Shown here one piece after another: positions 27,419 through 38,933 of a DNA stretch of 64,000 nucleotides; within the stretch, counting starts at the first letter, position 1, and each line of letters begins with the position of its first letter. The notes beneath the pieces were generated by a model. The model saw nothing but the letters and a program-made list of their open reading frames with translations, was not told the DNA's origin and made no database searches. The DNA is from Epiperipatus broadwayi (Eukaryota > Animalia > Onychophora), in contig JAQFVV010000002.1 of assembly GCA_028023455.1 (NCBI GenBank), positions 33,046,001 through 33,110,000 of the forward strand, read 5' to 3'. The translations under genes and the position numbers were made by a program.

Positions 27419-28955
27419 ATATTGAATAAATACAATGTCATGTGATATTTACCAAATCTATTTTAAATCATTGAACTGCCTTCTAGCGGCCACATTCAGT
27501 AACTTTTTACAATAAGAAAATTGAACACTTGTTATCATATTTTAGATCATTTTATTTAGAGTTATCTAGAACAATAATAGCCAGAGAGCAAACATAAGCC
27601 AGCCTATTTTAATGCAAATTAATTTTTAAATAGCTGATCGTTAAATTTATAGAGCAGAGGTTTCTCACTCTTTTCTAAAACTACCACAAATAAACACATC
27701 ATGTATGTAATGATAAATAATGGTTTGATATTGAATAAATATAATTAAAGAGCAAAAAACCAAATAATGATATTAATAGAAGAGATGATAGATCTGCCTT
27801 ATATATTCATTATTTAAAATTCGGACATAAAATAGATTGTGTCAAAAATATAAGACCTATAAATTATATTGAAGAACCAAATAGAAGGAAGATATATTAA
27901 ACCAATTACATTAATTATAACAAAAATACTTGTGTGAACATATACAAAACGTCAATTAATGTGACTAATAATTGGCTAATGATAATGAATGAAAACATTT
28001 TAGAAAAATTAAATACAGTATTTTTTATGGGAATTAAATCTTTATTAATCTATATCTTTGTAATTGTTTAAATATATCTTTCTTAAATATCATATGTCAA
28101 ATGATAATTAAAAATTGAAATAATATAATTTAAAAATATATATTATATATACATACATGGTTATCTGAAGGTTTGTGGTGATGGTGTTTTAGTTATATTT
28201 AGGATGGACTATTTCCATCATCTAACATTAAATGTCTTTAGAAAAATTCAAACTATATTTTAACTTTTCAAATACATTCATCTGTTAATGATAGCAGACA
28301 GATTACTATTGGACCAATATTGAAATTGGCACATACTAATTTATCTAAAAAAAATTATTAAAATAATCTTTTGTAAAAGAAAAACGTATTTAAATGTTGA
28401 AGAGTGTATTACAGTTTGTTTTCGAAAAGATAAGAGTCAAATAGTTTCCTATCATTAGTTTTGAAATAAAAGTTAAAATTGATTCATTAAAAGAGGGGGG
28501 GGGTCTTGGTTAGAAAAGTTAAACTAAAGGTTTTATAAAAAGGAAGTAAAGAGTTTATTATTATTAGTTGAAATACAATTTAAAAGGTTTAAAAAAATAT
28601 ATAAATCTATTCATTTAAATTAAAGAAGAAAAATAATCTTAAAACTATTTTTGATTTTAGAATAGTAAAATATATATGTGCATGCGAATGTAAATAAATG
28701 TAAGCTTGTTAATAAGAGATATAATAAATGCGTGTTAAAATCGTATTGAAAAACACATGAAAATAAATATTGAAATGAAATATATTTAAAACACAGCGGT
28801 GGGTTACTAAAGATATAAAAACAACACGCTTTGAAATAGCTACTACTAATTAAACAATCTTCACAAACACGTTGTCATAGGATTAATTACTAAAGGAATT
28901 TCGACAACACCTATTGAACTTATTGCCGGAGGATATTAAAATGAAACAATTCGCA

Positions 28956-29316
28956 TATATAAATAGCTAGATTTTTATCGGACGTCCAGTTTGAGTTCGC
29001 AGTTTCAGCCTAGTTTTCAGTGTCAGTCTTGTTTAAATTATGTATCCAGAAACAGAAATGCATTGCTGAGCATCTTATGGAAATATACGCTCTTCTTTCA
29101 GCCCTTAGTCCAAGAAGATCAGCAAGACTTGCCCATGAAATAATGTCTACTTAACAGCTCAGAAATCCTCCGTCAATATTCAACTGTCTCCAGAAATAAT
29201 AATCATGAAGAATAATCAAACTCACCAAGAAAACGTCCCAGCCGACTGGAAATATTCTCACCTAAAGCAATAATTAAAGAAAATGAAGTTCTACGTCCAC
29301 GTTCCAAAAATCCTAG
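28956..29316 (+). promoter_or_regulatory. Candidate internal core promoter and first exon
   Basis: TATATAAA at 28956-28963, Inr-like CCAGTT 30 bp downstream (28986-28991), further TCAGT motifs, locally raised CpG, donor-like CTAG|GTAAAA at 29316/29317. Confidence 0.35.
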
Positions 29317-30897
29317 GTAAAACATTTTATTATTCTCATTTATATGTAGTAGCCACCGCTGTAATTCGTAAATCCTACAGAGACAAGTAATTTGAACTTT
29401 ATAAGCATGCATAAAATGAACTATTGATGTGCTTTGTGAATGTTAGATAACTTAAATGTCAAAGATTATTGATGCCTTCTCATAAAATATATTATAGTAT
29501 ATTAACTTAAAATGTGTGTGTTATTTATAGATTTATAAAAATGTTTATAATTAGTAAATGTTAGTTAATAAATTGTCTTTAAACTAAAACTTTATTAGTC
29601 GGTCAATTCTTTTTATCAATTCTTTTTCTATATTTTATTACTGATTAAAATTAGACTGGGCTAGTTTTGGGATCATTTCGAGCACTGGATTATGAGCTTA
29701 CTGACCAAATATGTTGTTTATTCTTCTGAATAGATAGCTGGCGCCCCGGGGTTTACTCCGAAACAAATAAAGTGTTTGGATAGTAGGGGTTTGAATCTAG
29801 TAGCCGAGGTGGGCCATTGTTGATAGTTAAAGCTATCAATAATATCTCCCATTTTGCTCGAACGTGCCGTTTCATTCACGTAACATTTATAAGATTATAA
29901 ATGTATTATGAAGGAGTTTGAAACCAGCCTAACATACATACATGTAAGTATACTTCATTCGGCGGAACCATCCGGTACATTATGTACCACAAAATTTGGA
30001 ATGACATTCTGTCTTCTTCGTGTATTATTGTTCCAACCAGTGATATTATTAGATTTAGTAATCAAACTTGGGGACTTGTGAATACTGAACTTAAAATAAA
30101 CCTAGTTAATTAGGGCACCATTTTAAATTCAGCATTCACTTATCTAAAAATTCCAGGTTTCATTCTCTGTCTAATATTACCACTGGTTAGTTTGGATTTG
30201 TCTAAAGTTATTTGATAGTTAATTTTAGATGATGGAAATAATCCAACATATACTTAACAAATTATAACTATGTAGCTATTTTTGATTTTCTAGCAATCGT
30301 AAAAGTATTCATTTCATCTAAAATCATATAAATATATAAAAGCATTTATAAATTATAAAGAAATGTATATTGTTAATTAAATATTTGTTTAGATAAAAAA
30401 ACAATTTTCATTTGTCTTTTTGGTTTAAATTCTTTTTTTAATAGTTATCAAAAAGTAAATACACTGTAATTAGATAAGGATTTCTTGGAGAAATAATAAT
30501 ATATGAACTTAATTCATGTATAGTTTTAATTCACCACAAGTAATTTTAATTTTAAAAAATAATCAAGTATTTATTGTTCTTATTATTAGTACGAAACAGG
30601 AATCATTTAAATAAAATAATTTAAAAAGGCTTATCAGGGTATAATTCCCATTTTAAATCAGACTTTATCTTTTAAGTTGCTCAAATAAATAGATTTTTTG
30701 ATTAAAAAGAGGATAATTATTATCGCATTCATTTGCTGTATTCTTTTTTCTCTTTATCTCTAATTTTAGTTTCGTTTCATTAGTTAAAATCAAGTTGTAT
30801 TTAAATTTATCTGAACCTAATAGCTTTAAAGTTAAATTAGATTAAGAGAGAGATTTATTGTATATAGTAAAATTATTTAATAATAACAACAATTGTC

Positions 30898-31461
30898 TAT
30901 TTTGGCTATCTGCACAAACTGGAAAAGACAAAAAGAAACATTTAATCACATTATTCTCAATTGCACCTGTCTGGGTAATATCCGAAAAATTATCTATGAA
31001 AACTCAAAAACTGATTACTACAAAATCCTCTCACTTAAAGACTGCCTTAAAACAAAAACAAAAAAAATTGCAGTAATAAGACTCAATTTTTTTAACTTAT
31101 GCCATATGGACAGTTAGGTCTATGAAATATTTCACTACTCCACATCTGAATGAAGATACGTATTTCACTCAAAAACTAACCCAAATGAGGAATAGAGATC
31201 AGTTGCTTACATCAAAACTTCGATATGAAGATACCCGGAGCCTATTCACAGTTTTACAAATACCTAAGACTTAACACCTCAAGCTCAATCTCATCAAAAA
31301 AACACTCTAAACCAAGATGTACATAACAACCAACAAGGTTCACTCAGGATTGATATGTAAGATGAACAACCTTCCGTCACAATAATATAATGCCCTTTAC
31401 TTAACACCATCTTTTTCAACATGTAATTAATTTACTAAATAAATTTATATTTGGAAAAAAA
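30898..31461 (+). mobile_element. 5'-truncated L1/Tx1-like LINE 3' end
   Basis: CTNWKRQKETFNHIILNC is a degenerate CCHC (zf-RVT-type) motif; AATAAA and poly-A end; 10-bp TSD AACAATTGTC (30888-30897, 31462-31471). Confidence 0.7.
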
Positions 31462-32399
31462 AACAATTGTCAATAATTTAATATAAAATTATGATTAAAC
31501 TATAGCATGCTTTTGACCTAAAATTGTTTTTATTGGCCATCTTCATTAGTAAGATATGCAATATACTTTGTGTTTTATCAACATATAATTAATTATTTTA
31601 CCACACTATGGTATAAATAAAAGGTCTTTCTTTTGCTCCTATTATAGCGCCATCTGTTTGTAAGCTGAGTTATAGTTCGAGCTTTGAATCCCAAATTCCC
31701 ATGGTTAAAAGCTAATACTGCAAACTAATTGCTAATGGGGATTAAATTTGCTTTATCATCTTATAATTATTGATTCCTGTAAGTTTGCAGTAGCTTGCAC
31801 TCAAGTAGCATCGAGAGAGAGAGAAATTGCCCTTGTTTGTCTTTTATTATTGAAGATGGTTGACTAATAGAATTTTAGTTTATGGAATTTTATATCAAAC
31901 TATTTGCCAAGCATTAAGCCATATTTAATTTATAGAAATAACAAGCTTCTCTATTGTTATATATAAGCACACTTATTATGTCTGTTACATTTCGTATAGA
32001 AGTATAAACAGTTAACATCCAAAGTCCGATGTTACAAAAAATAACATGAGATTGATATTTGATATAAATGTAATTCTATATTGATAAATACATGAAAATT
32101 GTAAAATAATCAAATAATTTATTGCCAGAAGTTCGTATACAGAGCTGGAGCCGTGATCTATGAATCTTGGGCTTTGGAGCCACCGCTTTAATTTTGCCTT
32201 AAACAACGTGATGCAATATTTTAACTAATAGATACAAATAATTGTTGAATTAAAAGACATGAGAAAAAGTTTCACTGAAAAATTTTACGTTTTGGTTTTT
32301 TTGGTGATAAAAAAGGTTATCAACAATTAGAGGAAATAATATATAAAAGATATTCCCAATCTTCATTTTTTATATTATTGGGCTAGGCTATGTGTTCCC

Positions 32400-34730
32400 A
32401 AGTTTAATCTACTTTCCTGATGCATAACTTCTCTTTAACTTATGATTTAATTTCCTTATCTTATTCAACTGCCTTATATATAATCCTTTTCTATATCTTT
32501 TAAAATGTCCTGGAAGTCAGTTTATGACTTCAGTTATTCATCTATAGTTATATCTTCTAGTTATATGTCTATCTCATCTGCATTTTGAGTTCAATTTTTT
32601 CAATAGTATCAGTGAACATTGGCTTTTTTGTTCTTTTCTGTGTATTTTGCTTTTAATTCCACATTTTTATTCCCAATATACATCTTAACCTTCTTAACTA
32701 TACTTTATTGTGTGTCCAAGTCTCCAACCCATAAGTAAGCATTGATAATTAAAAATCTTTTTCAAGTGCATAATCACTGTGTATTTCCTTTTAATGTTAA
32801 ATCATTATATCTAAGTTCTGTTATTGATTTCATCCATTCTGTATTAATAGTCTGACCAAAATATTGGGAATTGTTAACTTTTTTTCATTCATTACCATCA
32901 ATCATAATAATTTTTTTTTTTTTTTTTGAAAAGTCATTGAATATTTATTGCTTTAGTATTTTAAGCGTGTCAGTTAAGCTCTGATGAAATGTGATTCGTG
33001 AAACAACCAAAATCATCTGCAAATTCTAGATTACTTATTAAAGTAATCTCCATTTATTTTTATTACTTTATTTTTTCGTTTTAATTCTGTAAAAGTTTTG
33101 AAGAGGTGGAATGACCCTCCACACACTCTTGTGAACAACAACTGTTGCATTTTAATAAATATTCTTCAGAATTTGGCATTATTCCGGATCTATGTCTTGA
33201 TATTTTAAAGCTTTAATCAGCATTGAAATGTTTGTAGAATGAAACATCTTTTCCTAATTTACAAGTTCAAAGCATATTGGTTAATTCACGTTCATCGGGA
33301 TTTGTATAACTTGTCTCAATACTTGGACATGATTCCCTGAACTTTAATCACTTTTAAATCCAACTTTTTTTATTACTTGATTTGAATTCAAAATTCGTTA
33401 TAAGTGATTTGTAATGATCTTAGCATAGAATTGACTGAAGATTAAAAGATCTTTAATATCTTATCATCTTTCTTATATATCAATATGTCTTCATCTTTAT
33501 AATTATCTGGTATGTCATTATTTAGATGTTTGGTATATAGTTTTATCAGTAGTTGTTGTTTTTTTTATCTAGTTACTTTTAGAATATTTATATAATTCTA
33601 TCATTTCTGAGAACCTTTTTTATTGACTTAAATGTATGCTTTATGACCTCATTTAAAATGTTTAGAATTTCAAAAGATGTTTTAATCATAGAAACGATAT
33701 TGTTTACTTGCTGTTTATTTTTATAAATTCTTTTGTAAAAAATTTTCATTCATATCATGTTTTTCTTTTAATAATTGCTGCCTTCTATTCTTATTATAGT
33801 TGAAATAACTTCCCATCTAATGTTTATATTTGTGATCCTTTCTTTTGTTCCTTTTCTATAACTTTTTCTACCATTCATGGATAAATTTTCTTATATCATC
33901 ATTAAATCTTTTTTACAGAATTCCAGATGTCCATTTCTTCCTAATGGATCTTTTTTTAAATATGTTTATATTCATTCTTTTTGTAAACATATTGCTTGTC
34001 TCTGCTATCTTAATCGAGGTTCACTTCCTGTCTTTAATCTGAATTGCTTTGAAGTCTGTTAATATGTTAAAACAAATTGCAAGTTTTTAGATTCATTGGA
34101 GTATTTTAGAAGGTTAATATTAATCGTTAATAACAACCTATTTCACATTTCTCTAAGATCAATTACTGAATTGAATTTAAGAATACTACTGTCTTGAAAT
34201 ACATATTTTATAATATTCAAAATATAATGCAACACTGCTGAACCTTTCTATATCCATTTCAGCTTTGTATTTTTTTCCCAATATGCATTGTGGGGGGACA
34301 GGATGCAGATTCTATAAGGCTAGGTCCTCTATCATTTCTATTTATATAAATATTTTCAAGCTTTCATTTATTATTCATTCTAATATTTAAGTCTTCCATG
34401 ATAAATTTAAAATGATGTCCGATGTAATCAAAAACATTTTTTACATCGATATAAAAATCCTCCGTTTCTGAATTAGAATGAAAACTTGTTTCATAAACTA
34501 GACTTATTTGTATTTGATTTCTTCTGTCACTAATTTTGACACTATGTGTAATGCCATCAATCTCTACAATGAATTGCATTCCACTTATATATCCAATATT
34601 TATGCCTTTGAAATAAACTTTGTCCATGTGTCCAATTAATAATACTTTTCGAATTTTTCTAACTTTATAAGTGTAGAAGGTTCTATTTAATATTAGAAAA
34701 TTCTTTTTCCCAATTTCTACCATTTTTATT
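32400..34730 (-). mobile_element. Old degraded RTE-like LINE (APE endonuclease and RT)
   Basis: Minus ORF 34364-34723 has APE-like IQISLVY...ETEDFYIDV...IMEDLNIRM; minus strand near 33010 reads NLEFADD. Confidence 0.7.
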
Positions 34731-35226
34731 ATTTGAAAGTAATCTACAGTTGTATGCCATTGAATAAAAGATTAACATCAACTCATAGTGCAGGTCTATA
34801 ACCAGAGATTTCTATCACTCTTTGACTTTGGGCTCCAACAGCTATCTTGATTGAAATTGTCTATTTTCATCTATTATAGTTGTAAATATGAAAGAATATC
34901 AGTGTTCACATATATAATTTTCCTAACTTTGACAAAACCTAATTATTATCTCAGTTAAGAACTAATAGTCATCTTAGGGGCATATCCTACCAAATGACTA
35001 ATGTATATTGATAAGCTGCCATTTTATTTAATTACATGGTAATACCAACAAAAATGTATGGAGTGGACATTAAGAATTTTCCCTACTCAGTCTCTTTAAA
35101 GCCTCAAATAGGAATTTTTAAGACATCAATGAACAGAAAATAATAAATTTAAACATTCATATAGAATATGAAAACTTAACATACAGTGTGGAAATTGTCT
35201 TTTAACAATAATAAAGCTGAATAGCT

Positions 35227-35341
35227 GTCAAGCATTGGTAGCCGAGAGGTCAGTGCAGCTGCCTTGCAAACAAGCAGTTGCTTGCAGACAGTTGTCGCGG
35301 GTTCGCTTCCCGGCCGATGCTTTGACATATGGAAAAAAAAA
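35227..35341 (+). mobile_element. tRNA-derived SINE-like element, long class (extra arm, CTTGCAA loop)
   Basis: Leader GTCAA, body 35232-35321 (GCATTGGTAGCCGAGAGGTCAG...GGGTTCGCTTCCCGGCCGATGC), trailer TTGACATATGG, poly-A; homologous to 37940-38057 and 56280-56388. Confidence 0.8.
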
Positions 35342-35561
35342 GCTGAAACATGTCTGTTGATCTTGCTTTGTTTATTAAAAGTGAGAGCTATGGATTGTTG
35401 TAATGTTATTTTATTCATTATCTATCTTCATCAGAAATCTTAACATATTTAAAATGTCAATAATGACCTAATCCAATAGTTACCTTCTGTAGCTTTCTGT
35501 ATGTAAGTCATTTTCTTGTGATTTTTAAATCAAATATTTACTATTACTATTAGCATCATTA

Positions 35562-36009
35562 TTATTGTAATAGTAATAATCAGCCATTAAACTAATGCAC
35601 ATGCATTTTGTGGATTTTTAATTATAAATGAATACTCTCACTTCCAAACACAAGATAAAGTCTTTGTAAAAAGATAGAATGAATCCATCTAACTTTTCGA
35701 CCCAAATGTTTATGTATGGACAAATCTTAAGCATTTGGGAATGAGAGCGTTCCTTTGGGAATGAAATCATGAAGATGTTAAGCGATCACTTTAAATTACT
35801 TTTACTATGCCTGAATGAATGACTCTTTCATTTCCAAATGCTTAAGATTTGACCATACATAAACGTTTGGGTCGAAAAGATAGATGGATTCATTCTATCT
35901 TTTCACAAAGACTTTATCTTGTGATTGGAAGTGAGAATATTCATTTATAGTTTAAAATCCACAAAGTGCATGTGCATTAGCTTAATGGCTGATTATTACT
36001 ATTACAATT
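35562..36009. repeat. Fold-back repeat with about 190-bp arms and decayed hammerhead-like cores
   Basis: Clear arm complementarity (aataatcagccatt... / ...aatggctgattatt); each arm carries CTTAAGAT-TTG(A/T)CC...GGGTC-GAAAA-G(T/A)T. Confidence 0.8.
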
Positions 36010-36049
36010 TATAAAACATAGCACTAGATAAAATAAATATCTCATTATT

Positions 36050-36290
36050 ATTATATTTTCTTTTTAATTTATATTTCTATGTTTTTTTCGAACTATGTAT
36101 TTTATTCTTGTGTTTTGCTATTGATACTGTTATTATATTTACTTATTTTAAATTCTTAAATGTTAAATTGTAAATTTCCTCACACAAGATTATTCTTGTT
36201 TGGAGTTTTTGTATGCTTGTTTATAACTTATCTTATTGTTTTTACTTTATGGAATAAATTGAATTATTATTACTATTATTATTATTCCTT
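36050..36290 (+). mobile_element. LINE 3' end (L2/CR1/Jockey-like) with (TAT)n tail
   Basis: cacacaagatt..tttggagttttt...gaataaattgaattattatt matches the reverse complement of 52885-52990. Confidence 0.6.
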
Positions 36291-37305
36291 TTTATATCTT
36301 GAAAGTATTTATTGTAAATACTCAAATAAAATTTCAGCCAATATTATCAGGTTTTAATTCGGAAAATGGTCATTTCAATGATGTTCAATTGTTTTGTTGC
36401 TGTTTAGTCTCTGGATGTTGCTCATATCCCATTATCGATATTTAAAAATGATTGCAACTCTATTTATCGTATTGGATGTAATTATTATTTTTTTGTATTA
36501 ACCTTTGTAAATTTATTCGCTGTATGTTTTACATATAATTAATGTATATATATATTATTTTCTTTTTGTTTTTAATAATTAATTTTGGACTTATTTTATA
36601 TATTGTTTTTAGCTAGCATTTACAATTAACATTCTTTGATTAAAAAAAAGAATAATCTTTTTTTTTTCTAAACTTTTGCACCCTTATTTCTTATCTCTAA
36701 TTCACAACTTATAATTTGATCTCTTCTCCTATTATATCATTATAATGTTCTTTTCATTGAATCCAATCAAATTATATACTTTTCTTTTTAAAACTTTTTT
36801 TTTCATCTATCATATATTCATATTCGCATCTTTGAACACCCAATGTGTTTCAACCACTTTTTTCTCTGTGATCATTTTCAGTGATCTATAAAATTACATA
36901 TTTATATCATTATTAAAATAAATTGATATATAAAAATGTATTATCCTTATCATAAAAAACAATATTTCCTTTTCATCTATCAATACATCTTTTTACATAT
37001 ATATTACATTATATAATCTACATTTACTTCTTTTTTTCCCTCCAAACTTTTTTCTTTTTTTATACATACACTTTTCTTTATATGTAAAAAAAAAGCAATA
37101 ATTTTCTTTCTTTTTATCCTTTTTATACTCTTAACCAATTACTTTAAAACAATATCTTTTTTCATATCATTTTTTTAATTTTAATTTATTTTTTATATAA
37201 TTCATCCTATTCAAGACAGGTTTTTCTCTTTTTATATTTAAACTTTTTTTATCATTCTTTCTTTATATAATTTTACTTTTTCTAACATAGATTTTATGAT
37301 AAGAA

Positions 37306-37605
37306 TGTTATATATAGGATATATGAGCACAGACCTTCACACCACCCACCACTCTCCACTCTATCTCATAACACTGATACACTTGAACACATGTATGTTT
37401 AAAAGATAAATAATCACCAATATCCGTATTTCATGCTAAACCAGAAATCATCAGTTGGTCCAGATTACCATCTCTACACATATATGCTATAAGTGCTCGG
37501 AGATTAAGATAGCCAATCTTCATACTTTAATGGACAGGCTTCATCTACTCCATACTCCAACTCTTCAATTGTCCATCCTATTGAAAATCTGATGATGGAA
37601 TGCTC
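37306..37605 (+). repeat. Family D repeat copy at the palindrome centre
   Basis: Homologous to 13829-14130, ending at ctgatgatggaatgctc. Confidence 0.8.
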
Positions 37606-37939
37606 AATATTAAGAAAGAATGATAAAAGAAAGTTTATATATAAAGAGAGAAAAATCTGTCTTGAATAGGATAAATTATATAAAAGGTAGATTAAAATAA
37701 AAACAAATTAAAAAAGGTTATTTTTAAAGTAATTGGTTAAAAGTATAAAAAGGACAAAAAATTTGGAGAGAAAAAAGAATATGTAAAAGGATGTATTGAT
37801 AGATGAAAGGGAAATGTTGTTTTTTATGCTAAGGGTAAATACATTTTTATATATTAATTGTGTTTGCAATAATGATGTTATAAATATGTAATTTTATATA
37901 TCCTTGAAAATGAGTACAGAGAAAAAAGTGGTTGAAATG

Positions 37940-38057
37940 GTTTTTTTCTTCCATATGTCATAGCATCGACTGGGAGGCGAACCTGCAACAACCATCTGCA
38001 ACCAACTACTTGCTTGCCTGGAGGCTGTGCTGACCTCTCGACTAACAATGCTTGACT
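37940..38057 (-). mobile_element. tRNA-derived SINE-like element, long class
   Basis: Reverse complement of the 35227 family; 14-bp TSD AAGTGGTTGAAATG / AAGTGGCTGAAATG (37926-37939, 38058-38071). Confidence 0.85.
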
Positions 38058-38933
38058 AAGTGGCTGAAATGTTGGATGTTTAAAGATGTGAATATGTATA
38101 TATGGTTGATGAAAAGAAATAAAGTTTTTAAAAAGAAAAAAATGAGAGTATTTGATTGGATTCTATGACAAGAACATTATAGTTTGTAAGACATTTATAT
38201 TTTTAAAGACAAAAAAAAGTGTTTCTTATTGAGGTTGTTAAACAGTTTGTTAACAGCAGTGATAATAAATATATATATATATTATTGTATCATTCTAATC
38301 TCCAATGCTGTTATATATATACATTTTGTTTCTTTATATATGCTCTTAGCTGCTTCATTGTCATCACGAATTGGCTTGTACATCTGAAAAACCGTTAAAT
38401 TTCTTATAACTACATTTACCCTAAATACAAATGCTATATCATTTACAGGAATGCTACTTATAAAACATCTTTTTCTTATTTATTTATTTTTATTCGCATT
38501 GTATGTGTGTGGTAGTTTATACTTCATACATATGCAGACATGATTGAGTTTAGAAGTATAAATTTGATTAATAGTTTACAAAATTAATCATTATATTTAA
38601 TTTTTAGTTTGTTTAATATTAGTAAATACATATTTTGTCACTTAGATAGTGATTCAGTTATATTTATCGTAAATACTCATTGCGATTCTTTTAACAATTG
38701 TATTGCTTCTTAACTTATCTTTATAGACAAATAAAACTTTACATGCAAAAACTAATTTTATGAATAAAATATAGCTATTAATACTTTATGTTGTGAAAAT
38801 TTTAAGTTATATGCTGTTACCATATTTTAATGCTATTAATATTATTGACGACTGCATTTTTTAGTTTTTAAAATACTCCCTAGGTGGCAGATTTATCTAT
38901 GAGGAGGAGGACTATATAATAATTAATCTAAGT

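Larger units (their letters stand above)
36742..38185. mobile_element. Head-to-head Penelope-like palindrome (about 530-bp arms) interrupted by two later insertions
   Basis: Arms 36742-37275 and 37606-38185. The right arm starts ESLYIKREKSVLNR (PLE GIY-YIG C-terminus-like). Decayed hammerhead cores at 36838-36886 (-) and 37903-37939 (+). Confidence 0.75.

Noticed and set aside
32965-33015. CTGATGA-AATGTGATTCGT-GAAAC hammerhead-like match on the + strand
   Set aside because: It lies antisense to the LINE RT FADD region, helices I and III are only 2-3 bp, and there is no terminal-repeat context; likely chance.
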